Part shown: positions 17,658 through 28,278 of the stretch, piece after piece
How positions within the stretch are numbered: position 1 is the first letter of the stretch
Layout: the number at the start of each line of letters is the position of its first letter
DNA from: Prosthecochloris vibrioformis
Lineage (GTDB): Bacteria; Bacteroidota; JABWAT01
Reading direction: 5' to 3'
DNA: 64,000 nucleotides
NCBI GenBank assembly: GCA_943371965.1
Contig: CALRWV020000012.1
Span: 14,449 to 78,448, forward strand
Notes under the pieces: generated by a model
Seen by the model: the letters and a program-made list of their open reading frames with translations, nothing else
Told to the model about the DNA's origin: nothing
The model's database searches: none
Position numbers and translations under genes: made by a program

Positions 17658-19274
17658 ATGAAAAATCTCAGAAAATATTTTCTTGTTTCAATCCTTACCG
17701 GAAGTTTGTTTTTTATTGCCGGTTTTGGAGTTGGAAGTGCCGACCTGTTTTTTCAGATCACCAAAAACATGGAAATTTTCGGAAAACTTTACCGCGAAGT
17801 CATGGTCAATTACGTTGATGAAATTGATCCTGCCGCGCTTATGAAACACGGAATCGATGCCATGCTTGATGGACTTGATCCTTATACAGTTTATATGGAT
17901 GATTCTTCAAATGAAGTTGAACTTCTGATGACCGGAAGTTACGGCGGAGTAGGAATAACGGTTCTGGAAAAGGAAAACCAGATTATCATTTCTGATGTAA
18001 TTGAAGGTTATTCTGCACAAAAAGAAGGGTTGAGATTAGGTGATACAATCGTAAAAGTTGATTCCATTGCCATAAAATCGATCAATGAAATGGGAAAACT
18101 GGTAAAAGGAAAACCCGGTACACGAATAAAAATGTTCGTGAAAAGGGAAGGATTTCCTGAACCGCTTGAATTTAATCTGACACGTGAGAAAATTGAACTG
18201 AAAAACGTTCCTGTTGCAACTGTTTTGCCTAACAATATTGGTTATATTCAACTTGCAAGATTCAATAAAAACGCAGCCGAAGAAGTTAAACAGGCACTGC
18301 TGAAATTCAAACCGGAAACTTTGAACGGGCTCATTCTGGATCTGCGCGGAAACCCCGGTGGAAGACTGGATGAAGCTGTTGATATTTCGAAAAAGTTTCT
18401 TCCCAGAAATTCTATGATCGTTTTTACCAAAGGACGTTCAGAAAGCAGCAATCAGCAGTACCGTTCAGATGAATCACCCATTTATCCCACAGGAAAAATG
18501 ATAGTGCTGATTGATTCCATGTCAGCCAGTGCGTCAGAAATTGTTGCGGGAGCTTTGCAGGATCATGACCGTGCAACTTTGGTTGGAATCAAATCATACG
18601 GAAAAGGACTGGTTCAAACTATAGCGCCGGTTGGTTACAACAACTCACTGAAAATTACTACTGCCAGATATTACACACCTTCCGGAAGATGCATTCAAAT
18701 TCGGGATATTAATGACAAATCATTAAGAAATTCAAAAACCATTATCGACAGCATCAAAGTGTTCAAAACGGATTCCGGCAGGGAACTGAAAGAAGCAAAT
18801 GGAATCATGCCTGATTATATTGTTTCAAACAGCACACTTCCTGAAATTGTAAATGAACTTGAACTGCGCGGCTTATTCTTTGATTTCAGTTCCAATTATG
18901 CGATTTCAAACCCGACTTTGAATGAAAAATTTGTACTTACAGATAAAATTTTTGAAGATTTCATCAAGTTTGTTGAAAAGGAAAAATTCACTTCCAAAAT
19001 GACGGCGTATCAGGTTATTGACGGCCTTAAAGCAAAACTCGAAAAAGACACCGAATTTGCTGCTTTAATTAAAAAACTGGAATCATCAAAAGCAGATTTT
19101 CACTCTGCAGTTATCAGTGATTTGAAATCACACAAACAGGTGATTTCTGTGAAGCTGAGAAAAGAAATTTTATCAAGAAAATTGAATGATCAGGATGTGT
19201 TTTTAAATACTTATCAGGAAGATGTTTATATGAAAAATGCCTTGAATTATTTAACAGCTCAGGCGAAAAAATAA
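17658..19274 (+). CDS. ctp: Carboxy-terminal processing protease (peptidase S41) with PDZ domain
   Basis: N-terminal anchor, PDZ (GLRLGDTIVKVDS), LDLRGNPGGRLDEAV, and the catalytic region SASASEIVAGALQDHDRATLVGIKSYGKGLVQT. Confidence 0.9.
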   Translation: MKNLRKYFLVSILTGSLFFIAGFGVGSADLFFQITKNMEIFGKLYREVMVNYVDEIDPAALMKHGIDAMLDGLDPYTVYMDDSSNEVELLMTGSYGGVGITVLEKENQIIISDVIEGYSAQKEGLRLGDTIVKVDSIAIKSINEMGKLVKGKPGTRIKMFVKREGFPEPLEFNLTREKIELKNVPVATVLPNNIGYIQLARFNKNAAEEVKQALLKFKPETLNGLILDLRGNPGGRLDEAVDISKKFLPRNSMIVFTKGRSESSNQQYRSDESPIYPTGKMIVLIDSMSASASEIVAGALQDHDRATLVGIKSYGKGLVQTIAPVGYNNSLKITTARYYTPSGRCIQIRDINDKSLRNSKTIIDSIKVFKTDSGRELKEANGIMPDYIVSNSTLPEIVNELELRGLFFDFSSNYAISNPTLNEKFVLTDKIFEDFIKFVEKEKFTSKMTAYQVIDGLKAKLEKDTEFAALIKKLESSKADFHSAVISDLKSHKQVISVKLRKEILSRKLNDQDVFLNTYQEDVYMKNALNYLTAQAKK

Positions 19275-19333
19275 TCAAATTCGGTGAATCAAAATCAGGG
19301 TCTGCAGATCAGATTCCTGATTAAGTAAACTTT

Positions 19334-20707
19334 CTACAGCAATTTCAAATCCTCAGTTCCTTCTGCCAATTCCACTTTCTCAATCTGTTCAAATCGTTTT
19401 GTTATTTTATCAGTCGTGATATTAATTTCCTGAACATCTTTGCTGACAGTATCAATGTGGGTTGCAAGTCTTGACCATCTGTCTTTATAACGACCGAATT
19501 CGGTGGATAGTAATTTCAACTGTTCCTGAATAACTTTCGCCTGTTTTTGGGTTTCCATATCACGGATAATTGATTGAATGGTTGTCAGCATTCCCATAAA
19601 AGTTGAGGGCGAAACAATCCAGACTTTTTTGTTCTGGGCATACGAAATAATTTCCTGGTGGTAAGAATACAGTTCAGAAAAAATTACTTCTGCAGGTAAA
19701 AATAAAAGTGCAAGTTCCGCTGTTTCTCCGGTGATAATATATTTCGTGGCAATATCATCAATATGTTTCTTCATATTCTGTTTGAAATCACGCTGTGCCG
19801 TCAATATATCTGCATCAGAAGATTCACGGTTTACCATTCTCTGATAGTTTTCAAGAGGGAATTTTGAATCAACACACAATTTTCCGATTGGTTCAGGAAG
19901 AAATAAAACGGAGTCGGAAATGGTACCGTTGGAAAGTTTGAATTGTGTTTGATACAATCTGTCATTCTTATCACCAAAGACAGATGACAGAATCTGATTC
20001 AACTGGACTTCACCAAACACACCACGTGATTTTTTGTCGTTCAAAACATCTTGAAGTGAAACAACATTTTGGGAGAGCGATTCGATTTTTTTCTGAGCTT
20101 CATCAATCTTGGTAAGTCGGGTTGTTATGTCAAGAAAAGTCTGATTTGTTTTCTCGAATCCTTCTTTCAGATTGTCGGTTACTTTTCCTGAAATCAGATC
20201 CAGTTTCTGTTCAACTGCCGCAGAAAGTTTTTCGAAATTCTGTGTCATGGATGCAGATGTTTTCTCTTCAAATATTTTAAGCTGGTTTTGAACTGTTTCC
20301 TGTTGTTCTTTCAGTCTGATTAAAATCTGTTCTCCCTGATTTTTGAATTCCTTCAAAAGTGATTCTTTGAACTCTGTTTGTCCGGAAGTTAGTCGCCGCG
20401 AAACTGATTCAAGCTGTTCATTGATTTGTTTTGAATTCTCACTGTTGGTTTTGATTACTTCGGTCAATCGCGTGTTGAGAATGTTCAAAATATTTTCACG
20501 GAGTTCAGACTGATCTTTGAGAATATCGCGCTGAACGGAATTGAATTTTTCCAGCAACTGTGCACTTTGTTTGCTGCTGGTTTCATCTAGCATGTTTTTC
20601 AATTTCTGAAAATCAATTTCAGATAATGAGAATAATGATTTCTTTGTGAAATTCAGAATTCCCAAAATCAAAACAAGTACCAGCAATGCAATTATGATAA
20701 TTTCCAT
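19334..20707 (-). CDS. rmuC: DNA recombination protein RmuC
   Basis: N-terminal transmembrane segment, long coiled coil, and a C-terminal RmuC nuclease-like region (SRGVFGEVQLNQILSSVFG, VDSKFPLENY). Confidence 0.85.
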   Translation of the reverse strand: MEIIIIALLVLVLILGILNFTKKSLFSLSEIDFQKLKNMLDETSSKQSAQLLEKFNSVQRDILKDQSELRENILNILNTRLTEVIKTNSENSKQINEQLESVSRRLTSGQTEFKESLLKEFKNQGEQILIRLKEQQETVQNQLKIFEEKTSASMTQNFEKLSAAVEQKLDLISGKVTDNLKEGFEKTNQTFLDITTRLTKIDEAQKKIESLSQNVVSLQDVLNDKKSRGVFGEVQLNQILSSVFGDKNDRLYQTQFKLSNGTISDSVLFLPEPIGKLCVDSKFPLENYQRMVNRESSDADILTAQRDFKQNMKKHIDDIATKYIITGETAELALLFLPAEVIFSELYSYHQEIISYAQNKKVWIVSPSTFMGMLTTIQSIIRDMETQKQAKVIQEQLKLLSTEFGRYKDRWSRLATHIDTVSKDVQEINITTDKITKRFEQIEKVELAEGTEDLKLL

Positions 20708-20755
20708 TTTTCTCTCAGATTAAAGCGCAAAGATAATTAAACTTTATGATTAGAC

Positions 20756-21856
20756 TCATTCGCGGTAAAATCCATTCATTCCACCAACCAAATATCTTAC
20801 TTTTTGAAATCCTGCATTTTTTAGTATTTCCGCAGCTTTTTTACTTCTTGTTCCGGCTTGGCAGTAAAAAACTATTTCTTCATTTTTGGGAAGTGTTTCC
20901 AGTTTTGATTCCAAAGTGCCGAGCTGAATTAAAATGCTTTTTTCGATTCTGGAAACTTCAGCTTCCTTTGGTTCCCTTACATCAATCAGCATGATTTTTT
21001 CACTAAGAATTTTTTTCCGAAGTTCCAGAGCAGAAATTTCAATAGATTTATTTTCAGAAATCCCGCAAAAAAAATCATAATCAATTGGTTCTGTTATTGA
21101 CGGATGTTTCCCGCAAACTGGACAATTCGGATCTTTTTTGAATTTCATTTCATCGAAACTCATTTTCAGTGAATCAAAAATCAGAAGCCGACCAACCAAC
21201 GGATTTCCAATATTCAAAATAACTTTGATGACTTCATTTGCTTGTATGGTTCCTGCAATTCCAGGCAAAACTCCAATTACACCAGTTTCAGAGCAATTCT
21301 GAATAAGTCCGTCTTTGGGTGGAAACGGAAACAAGCAACGGTAACAGGGTCCAAATTCTGAATTGAAAACGGAAACCTGACCTTCAAATTTATGTATTGA
21401 TCCGTAAATCAACGGTTTTTTCAGAAAAACACAGCAATCATTCAGTAAATATCGGGTAGGAAAATTATCAGTTCCGTCAACAATCAGATCAAATCCGGAA
21501 AGAATTTTCAATGCATTCGTTCCTGTGAGTTTTTCAGTGAATATTTTAACAGAAATAGTTGGGTTCAAGTCAAGAATGGTATCTTTTGCAGATTCACTTT
21601 TTAATTTTCCAACCGAAGTTGATTTGTGAATTATTTGACGGTGAAGGTTTGATTCATCAACCCGGTCAAAATCTGCAATCCCGATTTTTCCTATACCTGC
21701 CGATGTGAGGTACATCAAAACCGGGGAACCCAATCCTCCAGCTCCAACTACCAAAACAGAAGAGTCTTTGAGTTTCTGTTGACCTTCCAACCCAATTTCT
21801 GAAAGCAAAATGTGGCGAGAGTAGCGGTTTAATTCCTGTTTTGATAATGAGTTCAT
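20756..21856 (-). CDS. moeB: MoeB/ThiF-family adenylyltransferase with C-terminal rhodanese domain (MoeZ-like)
   Basis: RYSRHILLSEIGLEGQQKL, VVGAGGLGSPVLMYL, DFDRVDESNLHRQ. Zn motifs CYRC/CPVC. Rhodanese active-site loop YCQAGTRS. Confidence 0.9.
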   Translation of the reverse strand: MNSLSKQELNRYSRHILLSEIGLEGQQKLKDSSVLVVGAGGLGSPVLMYLTSAGIGKIGIADFDRVDESNLHRQIIHKSTSVGKLKSESAKDTILDLNPTISVKIFTEKLTGTNALKILSGFDLIVDGTDNFPTRYLLNDCCVFLKKPLIYGSIHKFEGQVSVFNSEFGPCYRCLFPFPPKDGLIQNCSETGVIGVLPGIAGTIQANEVIKVILNIGNPLVGRLLIFDSLKMSFDEMKFKKDPNCPVCGKHPSITEPIDYDFFCGISENKSIEISALELRKKILSEKIMLIDVREPKEAEVSRIEKSILIQLGTLESKLETLPKNEEIVFYCQAGTRSKKAAEILKNAGFQKVRYLVGGMNGFYRE

Positions 21857-22223
21857 ATATGGATAAAAATAGAAGTTTGAGTAATTAAAAACGAATGGCT
21901 GTTTTTCTCTTTTCCTGTTTGAATCTCGGTCGACTGAAATCAGGAATTTTTATTTTAGTTTAATTCGGGGAATTTTCGCCGAAATAAAGCTGATAGCGTA
22001 CGGAAACTTTATTCATCTTATAAAGAAACCTGGCTCTTGATATTCAATAAGATATAGCGAAGATTTAAATTGGTTGAAAGCTTGGCAATCAAATCAGGTG
22101 GATAAAGCTTTAAATTATACGACTTTGGTTGATATTTAAGCCTCTCACCCCTATTTTTGCCAACTTTCGAAAAATTTAACAGTAGATTTTCAGGCAGAAA
22201 AAGCCTTTCAGGAGTTACTTTGT

Positions 22224-24323
22224 ATGGCAGTTTTGAACAGAATGAGAAGCATGACTCATGTCATTTTATATATTCTTCTTTTTTCATTTTTAGGACTAAT
22301 TATTTTTGAATGGGGAATGGACTATTTGGGTCTTTCCTTCAGATCACACAATGGCAGCATTGCCGGTACGGTAAACGACAAACAAATTTCAAGGGAAGAA
22401 TTGAATTTGGTTTACAAACGTATTCTTGATAATTACAAACAAAGAAACAAAGACGCTGAAATTGACCCTTCATTGGATCAGATGATTCAGGATGAAGCCT
22501 GGAATCAGTTGGTAAGCAGAACTTTGATTCAGGAAGCAATCCATAATGCAGGATTGAAAGTTACTGATCAGGAATTATATGACTGGGTTATGAGCGAAAA
22601 TCCTCCTACAATGATCCGTCAGCAGTTTACCGATAAAAACGGCCAGATAAATAAAGCTGCTCTTCAGGAAGCAATGAATTCACCAGAAAACAAGGCTGTT
22701 TGGGCACAATTTGATAAAATGGCACGTGAAGAAAAACTCAGTCTTAAATATCAGAACCTGATTGCAAATATGGTTACGGTTTCTCCTGTTGAAGTGATGA
22801 ACAAGTATTCTGAAGATAATTCAAAAGCAAAAGTGGATTACATTCTTTTTGCACCGGAGCAGATTGCCGATACTTTGGTTAATTTAACTGACTCTGATAT
22901 CGAAAAATTTTATAACAGCAAAAAAGAAGAATTCAAACAGAAAGAAATGAGAAGTTTCAAATTTGTTGTATTTCCTACACTTCCAACAAAAGAGGATTCA
23001 ATTGATGCCTTAGCTGAAATACAAAAAGCAACTGATGATTTTAAAACCACAACAGATGATAGTTCATTTGTCTTGTTGCATAAAACAGAAAAACCTTATA
23101 CATCAGCATGGTTTTCAAGAGGTGAACTTTCAGATCCGAAAGAAGTTGTATTTGACCTTGCAAAAGGTGCAACTCTTCAGGTAAAGGATCAGGAAGGTTT
23201 CCATATCATGAAAGTTCAGGACGTTCGTGAAGGAAAAGCAACCAATTACAGAGCCCGTCACATTTTGATAAAACCAAAAGGTGCTACCAATGCTGATACT
23301 GCTGCTGCAAAAGTGGAACTTGAAGCTATTAAAAAATCTTTGAATGGCTCAAAAAACCTTGAAGAAGCTTTTATTGCTGCCGCACAATCCAGATCTCAGG
23401 ATGGTTCTGCCTATAAAGGTGGAGATTTGGGATGGTTTAAAGAAGGCGCAATGGTTAAACCATTTGAAAATGCAGTTAAAAGTGGAAAACTAAACACTAT
23501 GGTTGGTCCGGTAAAATCCCAGTTCGGATGGCATCTGATTTATATTACCGGCAAAGACAACAAAGAAGTTAAGGTAACTGAAATCACCAGAAATATCAGA
23601 CCAAGCGGAAAAACACTTCGTCTTGCAAAGCAGAATGCAGAAGATTTCGTTTTCATGGCTGGAGAACAGGGATTTGAAAAAGAAGCAGAAACCAGAAAAA
23701 TTGAAGTAAAAACAAGTACCCCGATTTTGAAAAAAGGGTCTGCTCAAGGACTTGCATTTAACTTTTCTTTAAATGACTGGTTGTTCAGATCTTCGGTAGG
23801 AACAATTTCAGATGCGATTGATGGTCAAAATGTTATCATTGTTGCTAAAGTGGAAGAAATTACACCTGAAGGATTTGCTCCACTGACAGATCAACTTAAA
23901 GAATCTTTGAAACCACGTGCCTTAAGGGAAAAGAAATTTGATTATCAGCTTGAGAGAGCTGAAAAAATTGCAGCGGAAATTGGAAATAATCTGGTTGCAG
24001 CAAGTGCAAAAGACCCAAATCTGGTTGTAAGAACAACAGATGAATTTGCTGTTTCAGGAACTCCTTCGGGAATCGGAAAAGATCCTGTATTTATCGGAGA
24101 GTCGTTTAAATTGAATGCCGGTGAAACCTCGAAACCATTCAAGGGATTACGCGGAATTTACCTCATTCAATCAAAAACCAAAACTTCAGCAGATATGGCT
24201 GCATTTGAAGCGCAAAAGGAATCAATTTATCTTCAGCTTGTTTCCAGCAAAAAAGCTGAATTTTCGAATGGATTGCTTGAAGCACTGAAAACAAATGCCA
24301 AAATTGAAGACAAACGTGATTAA
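22224..24323 (+). CDS. PpiD-like periplasmic chaperone / parvulin-type peptidyl-prolyl isomerase
   Basis: N-terminal membrane anchor, SurA-N-like region, and a parvulin domain (ARHILIKP...GGDLGWFKEGAMVKPFENAV...GPVKSQFGWHLIYI). Confidence 0.85.
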   Translation: MAVLNRMRSMTHVILYILLFSFLGLIIFEWGMDYLGLSFRSHNGSIAGTVNDKQISREELNLVYKRILDNYKQRNKDAEIDPSLDQMIQDEAWNQLVSRTLIQEAIHNAGLKVTDQELYDWVMSENPPTMIRQQFTDKNGQINKAALQEAMNSPENKAVWAQFDKMAREEKLSLKYQNLIANMVTVSPVEVMNKYSEDNSKAKVDYILFAPEQIADTLVNLTDSDIEKFYNSKKEEFKQKEMRSFKFVVFPTLPTKEDSIDALAEIQKATDDFKTTTDDSSFVLLHKTEKPYTSAWFSRGELSDPKEVVFDLAKGATLQVKDQEGFHIMKVQDVREGKATNYRARHILIKPKGATNADTAAAKVELEAIKKSLNGSKNLEEAFIAAAQSRSQDGSAYKGGDLGWFKEGAMVKPFENAVKSGKLNTMVGPVKSQFGWHLIYITGKDNKEVKVTEITRNIRPSGKTLRLAKQNAEDFVFMAGEQGFEKEAETRKIEVKTSTPILKKGSAQGLAFNFSLNDWLFRSSVGTISDAIDGQNVIIVAKVEEITPEGFAPLTDQLKESLKPRALREKKFDYQLERAEKIAAEIGNNLVAASAKDPNLVVRTTDEFAVSGTPSGIGKDPVFIGESFKLNAGETSKPFKGLRGIYLIQSKTKTSADMAAFEAQKESIYLQLVSSKKAEFSNGLLEALKTNAKIEDKRD

Positions 24324-24356
24324 TTTTTTCTGAATTAATCAAGAAAACAGGTTTTT

Positions 24357-24388
24357 AAAAGGGCAATCTTACGGTTGCCCTTTTTTGT
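24357..24388 (+). terminator. Rho-independent terminator after the ppiD-like gene
   Basis: aaaaGGGCAAtcttacggTTGCCCtttttt. Confidence 0.6.
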
Positions 24389-24414
24389 TTCAGGAAAATC
24401 AAAAGATATTTTTT

Positions 24415-25071
24415 ATGGAAACTTTTCTCGGATATAATCTCGAAAAACACAGTATTGAGCTTCACGGGAAAAATTACACTCTCGCAATGGTTCACAATGC
24501 GTATGATTTACTTGACAAAATTGACCCAAAAGCTTTTGCGGTAGATGAAAAAATGCCCTACTGGGCTGAAATCTGGTCGGGAAGTGTAATACTTTCAAAA
24601 TGGATTCTGAGCAAGAATTATGGAAAAGAACTGACTTTTCTTGAAATTGGGGCAGGTGTTGGTCCTGTTTCAGCAATATTAACTTCAAACGGTTATCACT
24701 GTACTGCTACGGATTACGATGAGGACGCCTTGAAATTCTGTGAATTGAATGCAGAATTGAATGGCGGCTCACAAAATTTAAAAACAGCTTTTCTCGATTG
24801 GCGTAAACCAACATTAAAGGAAAAGTATGATTTCATTGTCGGGTCGGATATTATTTATGAAGTACGGAATATTTTGCCGATTTTAGATGTAGTCAGCCTA
24901 AATCTGAAACCAGGCGGGAAATTCTATTTCTCAGATCCGGGAAGACGCCCAATGTCGCATTTGAGAACTTTGGTTCGGGAAGCAGATTTCAAATTGTCTG
25001 TTGTCTATGAAGAGCAGTTCGCTTTCAGGCATTCCGATCAGCTGGTTTCGATTTATTGTCTGGAAGTTTGA
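24415..25071 (+). CDS. Class I SAM-dependent methyltransferase (Methyltransf_16-like)
   Basis: EIWSGSVILSKWI and SAM motif I FLEIGAGVGPVSAIL, then ATDYDEDAL. The ATG at 24415 is preferred because the track start at 24385 lies inside the upstream terminator. Confidence 0.7.
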   Translation: METFLGYNLEKHSIELHGKNYTLAMVHNAYDLLDKIDPKAFAVDEKMPYWAEIWSGSVILSKWILSKNYGKELTFLEIGAGVGPVSAILTSNGYHCTATDYDEDALKFCELNAELNGGSQNLKTAFLDWRKPTLKEKYDFIVGSDIIYEVRNILPILDVVSLNLKPGGKFYFSDPGRRPMSHLRTLVREADFKLSVVYEEQFAFRHSDQLVSIYCLEV

Positions 25072-25134
25072 TTTTTTTGAAAACTGACAATGGACAAATG
25101 TAGAAACAATATTCAAGCAAAAAACTGAAATCCA

Positions 25135-25674
25135 ATGAGTTTACCAAAACGTATTTATCTAACAGGTTTTATGGCTGCCGGAAAATCGACAATCGGGCAG
25201 ATTCTGGCAAATACGATTGGTTATGATTTTATCGATCTGGATCATCTGATCATCGAAAAAGAGAACTTGGCTGTTGCAGAAATTTTCAGAACCAAAGGTG
25301 AAATTTATTTTCGAAATACTGAAAGTCTTTGGCTGAAAGAAATTTCAAAGCGGGAAAACATCATCATTTCTTTGGGTGGCGGAACCGTTTGTTTTAATGA
25401 CAACATTTCAGTCATCAGACAATTAGGTCTGCTGGTTTATCTGAGAGTTTCAAACAGAGCCATTTTCCAACGGGTTAAGGCAAAACGTGACCGGCCTTTA
25501 TTTCTTGATGGTTCCGGAAATCTTCTTCCTGATGATGAAATCAAACAGAAAATCAATGACCTTTTGGAAAAAAGAAATCCGTTTTATGAACAGGCCGATC
25601 TGATTTATGATACATTTGACAATGAAATCGGTTTTGTAGTTGAAGGACTGAAAAGGAGACTGGTTAATAATTAA
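25135..25674 (+). CDS. aroK: Shikimate kinase
   Basis: IYLTGFMAAGKSTIGQILA, DFIDLD, ISLGGG. Confidence 0.9.
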   Translation: MSLPKRIYLTGFMAAGKSTIGQILANTIGYDFIDLDHLIIEKENLAVAEIFRTKGEIYFRNTESLWLKEISKRENIIISLGGGTVCFNDNISVIRQLGLLVYLRVSNRAIFQRVKAKRDRPLFLDGSGNLLPDDEIKQKINDLLEKRNPFYEQADLIYDTFDNEIGFVVEGLKRRLVNN

Positions 25675-26775
25675 ATGAAACAGCAGACGTTAAATCATTC
25701 GTTGGGACAAACACAGATTTTTATTTTGGAAAATTTTGATTTCAATTCATTTATGAAATCAATTTCTTCCCTGAAAATTGCTTTGGTTGATGAAAACCTG
25801 TTTGCAATCCTTTCAACAACAAAACCGGATTTCCTGAAACTGTTTGATTCCGTGATAACAATTCCAGAAGGGGAAAATTCAAAAAGTTTTGATCAGTATA
25901 TTGTTATTGTTGACCGTCTGTTTCAGTTAAAGGCAGATAGGTCAACCCATCTTTTTGCAGTTGGTGGTGGTGTTACCGGTGATCTGACAGGATTTGTGGC
26001 ATCAACATTTATGCGTGGAGTTCCTTATATCCAAATTCCAACAACACTGCTTTCACAGATTGACAGTTCAATTGGCGGGAAAACCGGCATCAACCATCCA
26101 GCCGGGAAAAATCTGATCGGGAGTATTTATCAACCCAAATTTATTCTGATCGACCCTTCATTTTTAAAAACACTTCCTGAGCGTGAAGTGATTTCTGCAT
26201 TGGGTGAAATGGTAAAGTATACTTTGCTGAACTCATCGGAAAGATTTGAAGAACTGAAAAATTATTTGAGTGAACATTCTCCGTATCACCTGCTCAATTT
26301 TGATTTTGATATTCTGGTAAACTGGATACAGTACTGTGTTGAAATCAAAAAACAAATTGTTGAACTTGATGAGCATGAAAAAAATATAAGGGCGCTGTTA
26401 AACCTTGGGCATACCTTCGGTCATGCAGTTGAGAAACATTACGGTTACGAAAATATCCGTCACGGAGAAGCTGTTTCGGTTGGAATGCTGTTTGTTTCCT
26501 ACCTTTCACTTCATCTGGAGCGGATTACCAAAGATCAGTTTGAAGATATATATTTTTGCCTTAAATCAATTCTGCCTTTTGCTCCTTTTACGGTGAATTG
26601 GAATGAAGACAAAATTTTCAGTTACCTTTTGAAAGATAAGAAAAATCAGTCCGGCTCACTGAAATGGATTTTACCGAAAAGAATTGGCGAATGCGAAATT
26701 GTTGAACTTTCTGACTTTGAACTGATCAAAACTACAATTAGACAATTTCACTATGAATTTCTGAAATGGCACTGA
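25675..26775 (+). CDS. aroB: 3-dehydroquinate synthase
   Basis: AVGGGVTGDLTGFVASTFMRGVPYIQIPTTLLSQIDSSIGGKTGINHPAGKNLIG, NLGHTFGHAVE, HGEAVSVGM. Confidence 0.92.
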   Translation: MKQQTLNHSLGQTQIFILENFDFNSFMKSISSLKIALVDENLFAILSTTKPDFLKLFDSVITIPEGENSKSFDQYIVIVDRLFQLKADRSTHLFAVGGGVTGDLTGFVASTFMRGVPYIQIPTTLLSQIDSSIGGKTGINHPAGKNLIGSIYQPKFILIDPSFLKTLPEREVISALGEMVKYTLLNSSERFEELKNYLSEHSPYHLLNFDFDILVNWIQYCVEIKKQIVELDEHEKNIRALLNLGHTFGHAVEKHYGYENIRHGEAVSVGMLFVSYLSLHLERITKDQFEDIYFCLKSILPFAPFTVNWNEDKIFSYLLKDKKNQSGSLKWILPKRIGECEIVELSDFELIKTTIRQFHYEFLKWH

Positions 26776-26807
26776 TTATTATTACGAATTAAAATTAACA
26801 TTTACGA

Positions 26808-28247
26808 ATGAAGAAAAGATCAATTAATATCAAAAGTGAAATTCAGATTTCTGAAGTGAAATTCAATTTTTCTGCATTGTACTTTTCCCTTCTCATTTGT
26901 GTTCTGTCATTTGCAACTTCTCAATTACCAGCTCAGGATTTTGGTGTGTTTATTGCAACTGCACACCGAATCGATTATCCTCGAACAGATGGAAAAGAAA
27001 ATCAGATTCAGGAATTGAAAAATTTGGTTGAAGAAGCACATCAAAAAGGAATCAATACTTTATACTTTCAGGTTCGGGGCCGTGGTGATGCATTTTACCA
27101 GTCCGAAATTGAACCATGGTCGGAATCATTGACGGGGTCATTGGGAAAAAACCCGGGTTGGGATCCGTTGGCTGAACTGATTGAACTTGCAAAAACAAGA
27201 AATATGAAAGTAATCGGGTGGTTCAATGTTTTTAAAATTGCGGATCAGTCAAATCCTACAAAAAGTGTTTCAAGGATAAAACATCCTGCAGAAGCACATC
27301 CGGAATGGGTTTTGAAATCAGGCACAGAACGTTTCCTTAATCCGGGAATTCCGGAAGTGAGGAAGTATATTGCATCGGTTGCCGAAGATCTTGTTTCAGG
27401 TTATGACCTCAATGGAATTCAGCTTGATTTTTGCCGCTATCCGACAACAAAATACAATGATGCAAAGACAATCAAAAAATATAAACCATTCAAACAGTCA
27501 GCTGATGATTGGAGAAGAGAAAATGTAACTCAAACTGTTAGGCTGATCAGGGAAGTCATTACCGGGAAAAACTCCAATATAATTTTGAGTGCCGCACCTC
27601 TCGGAATCTGCAAATCAGTTCCAAAAGCAAATGGGCTTCAGAGTTATTATGAAGTTTATCAGGACAGTTACGGTTGGATGGAAAATGATTTGATTGATGA
27701 AGCCGTCCCGCAGATTTATTGGCCAATTGGAAACATTCCAGATGGAACGGGTGCAAAAACGAGCCCAGATTATGAAACATTGTGCTATGAATGGAAAGAG
27801 AATTCAAACGGAAAGTCAGTAAAAGCAGGAATTGCACTTTACAAAAAACCTGTTTTCAATCAAACAAAAAAACAGATAGAAGTTGCATTGAAAGCCGGAC
27901 ACGATGGCGTTGTCTTTTATGCATGGCAGCAATTCAAGGAACTTGATATTGATTTGACGCAGTTCAAAAAATCAGAAAGTAAAATCAAGAAACCGGATTC
28001 GGTTACTGTATTGGAAAATGCCGGAAAATTTAAATATGAAAAACTGACGCAAAACCAGATATTGCTTTACAATGATGATAACCTGTCGGCAGAATCATAC
28101 GAAATATCAGATGAATTCGGCAATGTGAAATCAAATGGAAAAATAAACAGGGAACGCGTTGTGTTGCTTAACATCGATTCTTCGATGAAATCTGTCAGGC
28201 TGAAAAATAATGCCGGTGAAAAAATAGCAGAACTTAATTTGCGTTGA
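26808..28247 (+). CDS. Glycosyl-hydrolase-like family 10 (GHL10/DUF187) protein
   Basis: Signal/anchor, then YFQVRGRGDAFYQSEIEPWSESLTGSLGKNPGWDPLAELIELAK and GIQLDFCRYP, typical of the GHL10 TIM-barrel family (from memory). Confidence 0.7.
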   Translation: MKKRSINIKSEIQISEVKFNFSALYFSLLICVLSFATSQLPAQDFGVFIATAHRIDYPRTDGKENQIQELKNLVEEAHQKGINTLYFQVRGRGDAFYQSEIEPWSESLTGSLGKNPGWDPLAELIELAKTRNMKVIGWFNVFKIADQSNPTKSVSRIKHPAEAHPEWVLKSGTERFLNPGIPEVRKYIASVAEDLVSGYDLNGIQLDFCRYPTTKYNDAKTIKKYKPFKQSADDWRRENVTQTVRLIREVITGKNSNIILSAAPLGICKSVPKANGLQSYYEVYQDSYGWMENDLIDEAVPQIYWPIGNIPDGTGAKTSPDYETLCYEWKENSNGKSVKAGIALYKKPVFNQTKKQIEVALKAGHDGVVFYAWQQFKELDIDLTQFKKSESKIKKPDSVTVLENAGKFKYEKLTQNQILLYNDDNLSAESYEISDEFGNVKSNGKINRERVVLLNIDSSMKSVRLKNNAGEKIAELNLR

Positions 28248-28278
28248 TCTGCAAAAGAATAAAAGCTCAGGAAAAAAC

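Noticed and set aside
21857-22223. Possible replication origin or ncRNA in the 367-bp divergent spacer between moeB and the ppiD-like gene
   Set aside because: It has only two imperfect DnaA-box-like 9-mers, no clear repeated AT-rich 13-mers and no dnaA/dnaN context. I recognised no SRP, 6S, tmRNA or RNase P signature by eye. It cannot be supported without GC-skew and covariance-model searches.
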